Shown here piece by piece: positions 1-9,248 of a stretch of DNA of 64,000 nucleotides (position 1 is its first letter; each line of letters starts with the position of its first letter). The position numbers and the translations under genes are program-made. The stretch is from Clostridia bacterium (GTDB lineage: Bacteria; Bacillota; Clostridia; Christensenellales; Aristaeellaceae). The notes under the pieces were generated by a model. The model was not told the DNA's origin and ran no database searches. It saw nothing but the letters and a program-made list of their open reading frames with translations. The stretch lies in the NCBI GenBank assembly GCA_030530315.1, contig JAUMVG010000003.1:62495-126494 (forward strand), written 5' to 3'.

Positions 1-4
1 CCAG

Positions 5-397
5 GTGGGCGGCAACTTCCTGGCGGGCGTCGCCACGGACCAGGCCGACCCCGACGCCGAGGTGGACCGCCTGGCGGGCACGCTGCTGTGGGCGCTGGAA
101 CACGACTACCAGCCGCCCCAGAACTTCTTTGGCGTGGGCGGGCTGAAGATCTTCCGGGACCTGATCTACCAGATGCGGGGCATGATGCGGGCCGACCACA
201 AATTCTACAAGGCCCATGGCTTCTACGATTTCCCCCAGAAGCGCCGGGGCCGCATCGCTGCCATGTACCTGGTCGGCGCGATGATGAACAACAAAAAGCT
301 CCGGGGCAAGCTGGGCGGCAGGATGACCGAGGGCATGACCATGCCCTACCGGAAGGTCCTCGAAAGGGAATCCGACCGGCCCGACAAACAGAGCTGA
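5..397 (+). CDS. 3' end of a gene truncated by the window edge; product not recognised
   Basis: Frame open from window start to TGA 395-397; GC-rich third positions like neighbouring genes; no motif I can name. Confidence 0.5.
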   Translation: MGGNFLAGVATDQADPDAEVDRLAGTLLWALEHDYQPPQNFFGVGGLKIFRDLIYQMRGMMRADHKFYKAHGFYDFPQKRRGRIAAMYLVGAMMNNKKLRGKLGGRMTEGMTMPYRKVLERESDRPDKQS

Positions 398-485
398 TTG
401 CAATATAATAGCTCATCACAGAAAGTTGGGGGTTGCATTGATGTAATGGCAGAACATAGCCCTCAATGCCGCAGGGCAACGCAAT

Positions 486-560
486 GTACAGATCCTTCGC
501 TCCGCTCAGGATGACAAACGACGCAATGCTGTCATCCTGAGCGGAGCGAAGGATCTGTAC
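486..560. repeat. Perfect palindromic element, 31-nt arms and 13-nt loop
   Basis: 486-516 GTACAGATCCTTCGCTCCGCTCAGGATGACA is the exact reverse complement of 530-560; degenerate relative at 5091-5156. Confidence 0.9.
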
Positions 561-600
561 GAAGCGTCGAGTGGCTGCATTCTGCAAATCCCTCGACTTT

Positions 601-718
601 CCGTGAAGAACCAGGAATAATGGCGTTTCTGTGCTTGGCTCTCCCCCGTGAGGGGGAGAGCTGGCACGGCGAAGCCGAGACTGAGAGGGGGCATCCCCCA
701 GAAAACCGTGAAGAACCA
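601..718. repeat. Intergenic repeat unit: 13-nt direct repeats flanking a GC hairpin and a core shared with 7263-7293
   Basis: CCGTGAAGAACCA at 601-613 and 706-718; hairpin GCTCTCCCCC-GTGA-GGGGGAGAGC 638-661; core GAGCTGGCACGGCGAAGCCGAGACTGAGAGGGGG 658-691 resembles GAAGCTGGCACGCGCAGCGTAACTGAGGGAG at 7263-7293. Confidence 0.75.
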
Positions 719-775
719 ATATAATGCGGAGGACGCGATGTATCTCATCGCGACCTCCGCACGTTTATTCAGATA

Positions 776-1972
776 TCACTCCTTGTTTTTCCGCCTCGAG
801 GCCAGCCTGCTGCAGGCCAGCACACCGACCATCAGCAGCACCGGGAAACCCACTGCCGCCAGGATGCCCAGCTTCAGGTTGTCGGAAAAGGCGCTGGACA
901 CCAGGCCCACCAGGGTCGGCCCGCCGGAGCAGCCGACGTCTCCGCCCAGGGCCAGCAGCGCGAACAGCGCCGTGCCGCCACGGGGCAGCGCCGCGGCCGC
1001 CTTGCTGAAGCTGCCCGGCCACATGATGCCCACGGACAGGCCGCACAGGGCGCAGCCCACCAGGTTCACCACCGGCGAGGGCACCAGGGAGATGCACAGA
1101 TAGGAGAAGACGCACAGCAGGCAGCTGCCCACCATGAAGCTGTCCAGGTTGATCCTGTGGCCGTACTTGCCGTAGAAGGCCCGGGCGCCGCCCATCAGTA
1201 CGGCGAAGGCCATCGGCCCTGCCAGGTCGCCCGCCGTCTTGGAGATGTTCAGGCCCTTCTCCGCGAAGGTGGAAGCCCACTGGCTCACCGCCTGCTCGCT
1301 GGCGCCGGAGCAGATCATCATGATCATCAGCACCCAGAACAGCTTCATGCCGAAGAGCTCCCTCAGGCTCATGCCCTTTTCGCCCTCCTGGATCAGCGGC
1401 GCGATGGGCACGCGGGCAAAGGCGAAGATGTTCGCCAGGGGCACCAGCGCCCAGATCAGCGCCAACAGCTTCCAGTGGGCGATACCGAAGGCCCGGAAGA
1501 ACAGCGTGGAGAGCAGCACCACGCCCACGTGACCCCAGCAGTAGAAGGAGTGGAGCATGCTCATGGCCTTCTCCTTGTTGTCCGAAGGACAGGCCTCCAC
1601 CACGGGGCTGACCAGAACCTCCAGCAGGCCGCCGCCGATGGCGTAGATGATCACGCAGATCAGTATGCCGCCAAAGGCCCCGGGCACGATCTCCGGCAGC
1701 ACCGTCAGCAGCATGAGGCCCGCCGCCGAGAACACGTGGGCCAGTATCAGCGACGCCCGGTAGCCGATCCTGTCCACGAAGGTGACGGAGGCCAGGTCCA
1801 CCAGCAGCTGCACGCCGAAGTTCAGCGTCACCAGCAGGGTGATCTGCGCCAGCGGGATGCCGTAGCTGCGCTGGAAGGTCAAAAACAGCAGCGGCACGAA
1901 GTTGTTCACGATGGCCTGCACGATGTAGCCCACGAAGCAGGCGACGATGGTCCGGTTGTAGTTCTTCTTCAT
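776..1972 (-). CDS. MFS transporter
   Basis: 398 aa, about 12 hydrophobic segments, N-terminus MKKNYNRTIVACFVGYIVQAIVNNFVPLLFL typical of major facilitator proteins. Confidence 0.85.
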   Translation of the reverse strand: MKKNYNRTIVACFVGYIVQAIVNNFVPLLFLTFQRSYGIPLAQITLLVTLNFGVQLLVDLASVTFVDRIGYRASLILAHVFSAAGLMLLTVLPEIVPGAFGGILICVIIYAIGGGLLEVLVSPVVEACPSDNKEKAMSMLHSFYCWGHVGVVLLSTLFFRAFGIAHWKLLALIWALVPLANIFAFARVPIAPLIQEGEKGMSLRELFGMKLFWVLMIMMICSGASEQAVSQWASTFAEKGLNISKTAGDLAGPMAFAVLMGGARAFYGKYGHRINLDSFMVGSCLLCVFSYLCISLVPSPVVNLVGCALCGLSVGIMWPGSFSKAAAALPRGGTALFALLALGGDVGCSGGPTLVGLVSSAFSDNLKLGILAAVGFPVLLMVGVLACSRLASRRKNKE

Positions 1973-2019
1973 AATGTCAGTACCTCAATGTTGGCAGACT
2001 TTGGTCTGTAACGGTTTCA

Positions 2020-3417
2020 TCAGACCGAAGTCCGGGAATCCTTCAGCGTCCGGTTCAGCAGGAACAGCGCGAACATCGCGCCGCAGGCCTCGCCCACCGG
2101 CAGCGCCGCGGCCAGGCCCACCTCTCCGAACAGCCGATCCAGCAGGAACATGAAGGGGATGTAGAACACCAACTCCCGCACGAAGGCGTGCAGCATGGTC
2201 TCCTTGCCGCGGCCCATGGCCTGCATGCAATAGGAGGTGTGGTAGTTGATGAACTGCACCGGCGAGGCCACGCAGCGGATCCTCAGGAACAGCGTGGCGT
2301 AGCCCACCGTCCTGAGAGCCAGCGCCACATCCCCCGCCGAGGTGCTCAGGAACAGCCGCGCGGCCTGGCTGGCGAACACCTCGAACAGCGCGATGCAGGC
2401 CACGGACACCAGCAGTCCCGTGCGCCGCGCCAAGTCAATGACATCCTTCATGCGGCGGCGGTTGCCGGAGGAGTAGTTGTAAGCCACGATGGGCAGCATG
2501 CCCTGGCAGATGCCGATGTTGATGGCGTTGGGCACCCGCTCCACCTTCATGACGATGCCCATGCCCGCCAGCACGAGGTCGTTGTGGGCCGCGGCGATGA
2601 TGTTCACGCAGATGTTGGCCACGTCGAACAGCCCGGTCAGGATCGCCGAAGGCACGCCCACGGCGAACAGCGCCTTCACCTGCGCCTTCTCGAGAGTGCG
2701 CGCCCCCTTGAGGCTCAGGCTCAGCGGCGCCTCGCCGGAGGCCCTGCGGTAGGCCAGCAGCAGGTACAGGCAGGCCGCGGCATTGGACAGCGCCGTGGCG
2801 ATCGCCGCGCCGGTGACCTCCTGGCCCCTCGGCAGCAGCACGAACATGAACAGCGGGTCCAAAGCCACGTTCAGCAGGCCGCCCATGCTCAGGCCGATGC
2901 TGGCCTGACTGGAGAAGCCTGCGTTGCGCAGCAGGTGCGCCAGCGTCATGGACAGTATGCTGGGCACGCTGCCGAGCACGATGACGATCAGGGCATAGCT
3001 GCGGGCATAGCCCAGGGTGTCGTCGGAGGCGCCGAGGAAGCGGAGGATCGGGTTCAGGAACAGCCCGATCAGCGCCGAATAGACCAGCGCCACCCCCAGC
3101 GCGCCATAGAAGCCGAAGGCGCTCACCTTTTTCGCCGAATCCAGCTCCTTGCGGCCCATCAGCCGGGCCACCAGGCTGCCGCCGCCGATGCCGAACAGGT
3201 TCGACAGCGCCACGTTCATCATCACCATCGTCAGCGTCAGCGTCGTGGCCGCCATCATGTAGGAATTGCCCGTCCGCCCGATAAAAAAGGCGTCCACCAT
3301 GTTGTAGATCAGGTTGATGATCTGGCTGATGATGGTGGGGATCGCCATGGCGAACAAAGCCTGTCCCACCGGCGCTTCGGCAAAGAGCTCCTGCTTGCTC
3401 ATATTCTGGCTTTTCAT
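2020..3417 (-). CDS. MATE family efflux transporter
   Basis: PVGQALFAMAIPTIISQIINLIYNMVDAFFIGR MATE N-terminal signature; start moved to ATG 3417 (MKSQN) preceded by GGTGGGA; ORF track allows 3471. Confidence 0.9.
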   Translation of the reverse strand: MKSQNMSKQELFAEAPVGQALFAMAIPTIISQIINLIYNMVDAFFIGRTGNSYMMAATTLTLTMVMMNVALSNLFGIGGGSLVARLMGRKELDSAKKVSAFGFYGALGVALVYSALIGLFLNPILRFLGASDDTLGYARSYALIVIVLGSVPSILSMTLAHLLRNAGFSSQASIGLSMGGLLNVALDPLFMFVLLPRGQEVTGAAIATALSNAAACLYLLLAYRRASGEAPLSLSLKGARTLEKAQVKALFAVGVPSAILTGLFDVANICVNIIAAAHNDLVLAGMGIVMKVERVPNAINIGICQGMLPIVAYNYSSGNRRRMKDVIDLARRTGLLVSVACIALFEVFASQAARLFLSTSAGDVALALRTVGYATLFLRIRCVASPVQFINYHTSYCMQAMGRGKETMLHAFVRELVFYIPFMFLLDRLFGEVGLAAALPVGEACGAMFALFLLNRTLKDSRTSV

Positions 3418-3600
3418 AAACCATCCCACCGTTTCCCATTTGAGTGCGGGCGCCGCGTTCACGGTCCGCATGGCGCTATTATAGCAAACAGGGCGGCGAA
3501 ATGTCTACAACGGTGATTTTAAATCTGGCTGAAAAACAGGGGTTTCGCCGCCCAGCGAGGCGCTGTGAAAGCAATATACCATATGGTAACATCAGCGGCC

Positions 3601-3629
3601 TTGACAGCCCCATACCCGCATAATACAAT
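3601..3629 (+). promoter_or_regulatory. Sigma-A type promoter for the downstream MATE gene
   Basis: TTGACA 3601-3606, 17-nt spacer, TACAAT 3624-3629; about 45 nt upstream of ATG 3676. Confidence 0.6.
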
Positions 3630-3675
3630 GGTCCAAAAGCCCTGTCTATTTGCTGACCTTCAAAGGAGAAACCCC

Positions 3676-5058
3676 ATGCAAAGCAAAGCCCCCGCTGAAA
3701 ACAAGATGGGCGTCATGCCCATCCCAAAGCTGATACTGAACATGTCCCTGCCGATGATCCTGTCCATGCTGGTGCAGGCGCTCTACAACGTGGTGGACAG
3801 CTACTTCGTCGCCCGCTTCGAGCAGGACGCCCTCACGGCGGTCTCCCTGGCCTTCCCCGCCCAGAACCTGATGATCGGCGTGGCTACGGGCACGGCGGTG
3901 GGCGTCAACGCCCTGCTCTCCCGGGCACTCGGTGAAAAGAACCCGAAGCTGGCCAACCAGATCGCCGAGAACGGCGTGTTCCTGGCGCTGGTGGGCTACG
4001 CGATATTCCTGCTGTTCGGCCTGTTCGGCGTGCGGCACTTCTTCGCCGCCCAGACGGACGTGGCCAAGATCGTGGGCTACGGCGTGGACTACCTGACGGT
4101 CATCTGCTGCTTCAGCTTCGGCGTGTTCGGCCAGATCATGTTCGAGCGCCTGATGCAGTCCACCGGCCGCACGATCTACACCATGTTCACCCAGGGCATT
4201 GGTGCGATCATCAACATCATCCTCGATCCCGTCTTCATCTTCGTGTTCCACCAGGGCGCGAAGGGCGCGGCCATCGCCACGGTCATCGGCCAGATCATCG
4301 CCTTCGGCCTGGCCGTCACGCTGAATCATCTGAAGAACTCCGACATCCAGCTGAACCTGCGCAAATTCCGCCCGAGCCCGCGCCTGATCGGCCGCATCTA
4401 CGCCATCGGCGTGCCCTCGATCCTGATGGTGGCCATCGGCTCGATCATGACCTTCCTGATGAACATCATCCTGATCTCCTACACCGCCGCGAAGGAGCTC
4501 TCCGCCACGGTGTTCGGCGTCTACTTCAAGCTGAACAGCTTCGTGTTCATGCCGGTGTTCGGCCTGAACAACGGCATCATCCCCATCATCGCCTACAACT
4601 ATGGCGCGCGCAACCGCCGCCGGATGATGGAGGCCGTGAAGCTGGCGGTGGTCTTCGCGGCCAGCTACATCCTGCTGGGCATGCTGGCCTTCATGCTGAT
4701 CCCCGGGCCGCTGCTGAAGATCTTCAACGCCTCCCCCGACATGCTGAGGGTGGGCATCCCCGCCATCCGCATCATCGGCAGCACGTTCCTGTTCGCGGGC
4801 ACCTGCATCGCCATGGGCTCGGTGTTCCAGGCCCTGGGCTATGGCACCTATTCGATGATCGTGTCCTTCGCCCGCCAGCTGGTGGTGCTGCTGCCCTCGG
4901 CCTACCTGCTGGCCCGCCTTGGCATGAGCACCGGCAACGACACGCTGGTCTGGTACTCCTTCCCCATCGCCGAGATCGCCTCCCTGCTCACGACGCTGAT
5001 CCTGTTCCGGCGGCTGTACAAGAACGTGATCGAGCCGATCCCGGAGGGAAATGCATAA
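3676..5058 (+). CDS. MATE family efflux transporter
   Basis: MGVMPIPKLILNMSLPMILSMLVQALYNVVDSYFVAR signature; ATG 3676 preceded by AAGGAG 3663-3668. Confidence 0.9.
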   Translation: MQSKAPAENKMGVMPIPKLILNMSLPMILSMLVQALYNVVDSYFVARFEQDALTAVSLAFPAQNLMIGVATGTAVGVNALLSRALGEKNPKLANQIAENGVFLALVGYAIFLLFGLFGVRHFFAAQTDVAKIVGYGVDYLTVICCFSFGVFGQIMFERLMQSTGRTIYTMFTQGIGAIINIILDPVFIFVFHQGAKGAAIATVIGQIIAFGLAVTLNHLKNSDIQLNLRKFRPSPRLIGRIYAIGVPSILMVAIGSIMTFLMNIILISYTAAKELSATVFGVYFKLNSFVFMPVFGLNNGIIPIIAYNYGARNRRRMMEAVKLAVVFAASYILLGMLAFMLIPGPLLKIFNASPDMLRVGIPAIRIIGSTFLFAGTCIAMGSVFQALGYGTYSMIVSFARQLVVLLPSAYLLARLGMSTGNDTLVWYSFPIAEIASLLTTLILFRRLYKNVIEPIPEGNA

Positions 5059-5090
5059 GGGAATGCCCAGCAAAAGCAGTATAGACATGG

Positions 5091-5168
5091 AAGATCCTTC
5101 GCTTCGATCAGGATGACGCCGATACCGTTGTCATCCCGAATGAAGTGAGGGATCTTTTCATTTTTCTT
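5091..5168 (+). terminator. Long imperfect hairpin plus T-tract; degenerate member of the 486-560 palindrome family acting as terminator of the MATE gene
   Basis: Arms 5091-5117 and 5130-5156 pair at 22 Watson-Crick plus 3 G-U of 27 positions; followed by CTTTTCATTTTTCTTATTT. Confidence 0.7.
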
Positions 5169-5231
5169 ATTTGAGAATCGTATTGTGCTCCTCGCGAAAA
5201 CGCGAAGGAACGCCTTGTGTTCCGGGCTTCT

Positions 5232-6305
5232 TCACCGCCTGCCGCCAAACAGGCCCCCGGTGAGCTCTCCGGCGCGGGTCCTTATCTTCTGCCACGCGCC
5301 CTTGAGGCTGCCGGTGGAGACCAGGGCGTAGGCCAGCGCTGCCAGCGCCGCGAGGCCCAGCGCCCAGCCGACGCCCCGGGCCACAGCGGAGCCCCGGGTG
5401 CTCTTTGCGCCTTCGGCCTTGGCGCCGCCGCCGTAGAGGACGTCGTCCAGCACCTCGGCGATGTAGGCCGTGGCCTCCTGGGCCTTTTCCTTCTCGATCT
5501 CATGGGTGCCGAACTCCAACAGCAGGGCATGGGGATACAGCTCCTGGTTGTAGTTGCCCCTGCCGATGAAGATGTCCTTGATCAGGCCGGGATACTTCTC
5601 GTCCGCGGCGGCCTTGATCTGCCGGGCAAAGGCCTTGTTCTCGGCGGAATTCTGGTTGCTGCGGCCCACGAACAGCCGCACCTTGCTGATGTCCTCGCCG
5701 TCCACCTCGGTCTCGTACTGCTCGGCGGGCACGGCGTCCCGGTGGATGTCCAGCAGGGCGTCCGGGCCCTGCTTCAGCAGCTCCTCCGCCGTGCGCCGGG
5801 AGCGGCTGTAGGCATCCGCGTCGTGGGGCAGGAAGGTCTCCTTGGAATAGGCCGCCTCGATGCCCCGCGCCTCCAGGGCTTCCTTCAGGCTGTCACCCAC
5901 GTCGTAGATACCCGCGCCCTCCCACTTGGAGGCCGTGCCATCGTTTGGCACGTAGCTTTCGTCGCTGTGGGTGGAATACATGGCGATCAGCTTCTTGCCG
6001 TCGTCCGCCGCGTCCTCGGCCATCGCGGCAAAGGCGGCCTCGGCATCCGCCTCCCGGGCGGTGCCGAGGTACTCCGCCGTGGCGGTCTGGGCGGCGTCGT
6101 CCACGCTGACCACCCGGTACCAGCCGTCGTCCCCGGAGATATACTCATCCCCCTCGTACATGCGCCCGGCCCGCTGGGTCAGGGCGTTTCCTTCCCCGTC
6201 CAGCAGCGTGTACAGGCAGTCGCCGTCCATCTCCGCCAGCGCCGGAAGGGCGGCCAGCGTCAATGCCGCCGCCAGCGCGGCGATCCGCAGAACCGCCCGC
6301 CTCAT
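5232..6305 (-). CDS. spoIIP: Stage II sporulation protein P
   Basis: Signal peptide, then MYSTHSDESY, LLDIHRD, VGRSNQNSAENKAFA and LLLEFG motifs typical of SpoIIP; C-terminal membrane anchor. Confidence 0.85.
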   Translation of the reverse strand: MRRAVLRIAALAAALTLAALPALAEMDGDCLYTLLDGEGNALTQRAGRMYEGDEYISGDDGWYRVVSVDDAAQTATAEYLGTAREADAEAAFAAMAEDAADDGKKLIAMYSTHSDESYVPNDGTASKWEGAGIYDVGDSLKEALEARGIEAAYSKETFLPHDADAYSRSRRTAEELLKQGPDALLDIHRDAVPAEQYETEVDGEDISKVRLFVGRSNQNSAENKAFARQIKAAADEKYPGLIKDIFIGRGNYNQELYPHALLLEFGTHEIEKEKAQEATAYIAEVLDDVLYGGGAKAEGAKSTRGSAVARGVGWALGLAALAALAYALVSTGSLKGAWQKIRTRAGELTGGLFGGRR

Positions 6306-6961
6306 CGCTGCTCCCTCCTGACAAAGTCCCCGTTTCTGAACTCCCGGGTGGGCTTGCGGCGGCCCCGGGAGGCGCGCTCCAGTATCTCGCCCAGCAGCTC
6401 GCTGATCAGCACCGCCAGCAGGCCGGCAATCACGACCGCGTCAAAGCCGCCCGCGCCTCCCAGAGCAAGCCGCTGGCGCGCGCCCATGGCGTTGGCATAG
6501 CCCCAGTTGGCGAGGTCCGCCAGCATCACGCCTACGGTACCCGCGATGAACGCGCCGCGCCGGGAGCGACCGAACACGTAGGCGATCAGGCCGGCGGCAA
6601 TGCCGTAGGCATAGATCGGATCGATGGCCATGTTTTCCGGTTCAGACGGCAGCAGCCGGCCCAGCGAGAACACCGCCACGCCTGTCAGCAGCGCCGCCAG
6701 CAGGCTGCGCGCCCGCTCGATGAAGGTGTCCGCCTTCGTCCACAGGTAGACGCACAGCGCCAGCGGAACCAGCGCGCCGCCGATATTGAAGGCAAAGGTG
6801 TCCGTCACCGGAATGTCCGGCACGAAGCCGCCCGCGATGATCAGCGCGATGAACAGTATCGCCTGCCGGTCCGTCAGGCGCAGCCGGTCCAGCACCCGCT
6901 GGCCCGCGCCGAACAGGATCAGCAGGCCCGTAAGGATCAGGAGAATAAAGCCGATGGTCAT
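6302..6961 (-). CDS. DUF1614-like integral membrane protein
   Basis: 219 aa polytopic membrane protein; GGAGGG RBS 6 nt before ATG; stop overlaps the spoIIP start in ATGA (6302-6305). Confidence 0.6.
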   Translation of the reverse strand: MTIGFILLILTGLLILFGAGQRVLDRLRLTDRQAILFIALIIAGGFVPDIPVTDTFAFNIGGALVPLALCVYLWTKADTFIERARSLLAALLTGVAVFSLGRLLPSEPENMAIDPIYAYGIAAGLIAYVFGRSRRGAFIAGTVGVMLADLANWGYANAMGARQRLALGGAGGFDAVVIAGLLAVLISELLGEILERASRGRRKPTREFRNGDFVRREQR

Positions 6962-7144
6962 GCAGTTCCCTCCGAATCATGAAATGGTGGGGTTTGGTTT
7001 CGGAGGTAGTATGAACCGTCGGTGGGAAATTTATGAACGCGGTGGAAAAACGGCGCGCTGCGCGGGAAGCAAATGATTGTCGATACGCTTCTTTGAAACC
7101 TGCCGACCCGGATAACATCGTAAAAATTTTTCCAACATAAAAGA

Positions 7145-7327
7145 GGTTCTTCACGGAAGTTGTGGGTTAGCGACCCCTTCCGTCTCGGCTGCGCCGAGCC
7201 ACCTCTCTCGAGGAGGAAGGCCCAGTTGCCTGCTTTTGCCGCCAAAAGGCTCCCTCTCCGAGGAAGCTGGCACGCGCAGCGTAACTGAGGGAGTTTAACG
7301 TAATCCCACAACCTTCTGTGAAGAATC
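7145..7327. repeat. MITE-like element with about 22-nt terminal inverted repeats
   Basis: GGTTCTTCACGGAAGTTGTGGG 7145-7166 versus CCCACAACCTTCTGTGAAGAATC 7305-7327; contains the core shared with 658-691; termini contain the same CYGTGAAGAAYC word as 601-613 and 706-718. Confidence 0.75.
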
Positions 7328-7391
7328 ATAAAAGGGTCCGCCGCGCGTCGCGGCGAACCCATGGTTTTCATCCATTTAACCCCATCCGTAG

Positions 7392-8435
7392 TCAATTCTT
7401 GCAGCTCTCAAACGTCTCCGTCAGCCCCGCCCGCAGGTCGTAGCCCGGCTTCCAGCCGAGGGACTCCAGTTTCGCAGGGTTGAGGACGGCCCGGGTGACC
7501 CGGGTGTAGCCGGCCCGCTCCGCCTCCGGGGGCAGATCAAAGGCGAGCTTCACGCCGGCGATGCCCGCGAGGGTCTCGGCGTACTGGCGGATCGAGGCGA
7601 TCGAGCCGCGATTGGCCACGTTGTAGGCCTCGGCTCTTTCACCTTTAGCCAGCAGCGTCAGCAGCGCGGCGACGGCGTCGGCCACGTAGCAGAAGGAGCG
7701 CACCTGGCTGCCGGCGCTTTTCATCACGATATCCTCCCCCGCCAGCGCCTTGCGGATGAACTGGGCGTCCGCGCGGCTGTTGGTGGCCGTGAAGGTGGGT
7801 CCGTAGACGTGGCACAGCCGCGCCACCACCGTGTCCACGCCGTACTGGGCGGCATAGCTGGCGCAGAGGGTCTCCGCGGCACGCTTGCTCTCCGGGTAGC
7901 AGGAGCGGGGCTTCATGGTGTCGATCCAGCCCTGGTCCCCCTCGGAAAAGCCCTCCTCGAACACCGGGTTCTCGCCGTAGATCTCCCCCGTGGAGAGCAT
8001 CAGGAAGCGCCCGTGTCCCTGGCCGCGCAGCCGTTCCAGCAGCTGCATCGTGCCGAACAGGTTGGCCTGCATCGTGCCCACCGGATCGGTGGAGTAGGCC
8101 AGCGGGTGGGCGCTGGTGGCGGCATGGATGATGTAGTCCGGCTCAAAGTCCAGCGCGACGTGCTTCGTGGCGTCGTAAGGCACGTAGTGGAAGCAGGGCC
8201 GCTCCGCCGCCTCGCCGAAGCGGGCGCGCACGCCGGCCTCGCTGCGCCCTGCGGCGTAGAGCTCGATCCCCGCGCCCCGCGTCGCGTTCAGCCGCAGCAG
8301 CGCGTCCATCAGAAAAGAGCCCACCAGGCCCGTGGCGCCGGTGATCAGCACCCGGCTGCCGTTGAGCGCCTCCAGCCCGACAGCCCCGTCCAGGGCGGCG
8401 TCCAGGCCGCGCGCGTAGATCTCCCGATTGAACAT
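7392..8435 (-). CDS. NAD-dependent epimerase/dehydratase family SDR
   Basis: Rossmann motif ITGATGLVGSFL near N-terminus, extended-SDR length of 347 aa. Confidence 0.85.
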   Translation of the reverse strand: MFNREIYARGLDAALDGAVGLEALNGSRVLITGATGLVGSFLMDALLRLNATRGAGIELYAAGRSEAGVRARFGEAAERPCFHYVPYDATKHVALDFEPDYIIHAATSAHPLAYSTDPVGTMQANLFGTMQLLERLRGQGHGRFLMLSTGEIYGENPVFEEGFSEGDQGWIDTMKPRSCYPESKRAAETLCASYAAQYGVDTVVARLCHVYGPTFTATNSRADAQFIRKALAGEDIVMKSAGSQVRSFCYVADAVAALLTLLAKGERAEAYNVANRGSIASIRQYAETLAGIAGVKLAFDLPPEAERAGYTRVTRAVLNPAKLESLGWKPGYDLRAGLTETFESCKN

Positions 8436-8465
8436 ATCGCACCTCGCTTGTGATTCGCGTTTGGA

Positions 8466-9173
8466 TCACACGTCCATTTCCATCCGCAGGTAGGCCTTGA
8501 ACAGCTCCAGGTCGTCCTTGCTGGTCAGCTTGATGTTCTTGTCCGACCCGGCGGCGAAGTACAGCGTCTCGCCCAGGTCCACCATCATGGTGTTGGTATA
8601 GGCGGAGCCGTAGATGCCGATCTCCTCGGCGAAGGCCCGCTTGTAGGATCTGAGCAGCAGGTCGTAGCGATAGGCCTGGGGGGTCGCCACCTTGCGCAGC
8701 GTCTCCCGGGGGATGTACTGCCGGGTGGTGTACTCGTCCGTCTTGACGAAGATCTGCTCGTTGTAGGGCGTGGAGGTCACGCCGTTGCCGTGGAGCCGGC
8801 ACACCCGCAGGATGTCCGACAGCACGCCGGAATCCACCATGGGGCGGATGCCGTCGTGGATGATGGCGATGTCGTCGTCCTTGAGCTCGCCCTCGAGGTT
8901 GTATACGCCGTTGCGGATGGATTCCTGGCCGGTGGACCCGCCGGGGGCGATCCACTTCAGCTTGGTGATGCCGTACTGCTTCGCGTAGTCCCTCAGGGTC
9001 TCCTCCCAGCCCTCCAGGCACACCACCTCGATGGCGTCGATCTCCGGGTGCTTCTGGAAGCCCTCCAGCGTGTAGATGATCACGGGCTTTCCGTAGATGT
9101 GGATAAACTGCTTGGGTATGTCCATGTTCATCCGGCTGCCCACGCCGCCGGCGATGATGATCGCAACGTTCAT
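8466..9173 (-). CDS. IspD/TarI family cytidylyltransferase (CDP-alditol synthesis)
   Basis: MNVAIIIAGGVGSRMNMDIPKQF N-terminal nucleotide-binding motif; 235 aa. Confidence 0.85.
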   Translation of the reverse strand: MNVAIIIAGGVGSRMNMDIPKQFIHIYGKPVIIYTLEGFQKHPEIDAIEVVCLEGWEETLRDYAKQYGITKLKWIAPGGSTGQESIRNGVYNLEGELKDDDIAIIHDGIRPMVDSGVLSDILRVCRLHGNGVTSTPYNEQIFVKTDEYTTRQYIPRETLRKVATPQAYRYDLLLRSYKRAFAEEIGIYGSAYTNTMMVDLGETLYFAAGSDKNIKLTSKDDLELFKAYLRMEMDV

Positions 9174-9248
9174 TCGTCCATCCCCTTCGTATGTTCCTTC
9201 GCGTTTGGCCGTCTTTGCGTTCCGGGATGCGCCTGCCGCGAAGCCCTG

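Noticed and set aside
506-1103. ORFs 506-748 (minus) and 648-1103 (plus) across the repeat nest
   Set aside because: They are translations of palindromic/MITE-like repeats and of the antisense strand of the MFS gene, with no RBS.
6642-7395. ORFs 6642-7154 and 6958-7395 (minus) in the DUF1614-SDR spacer
   Set aside because: They run through the 7145-7327 repeat and overlap DUF1614; they most likely represent repeat translation.
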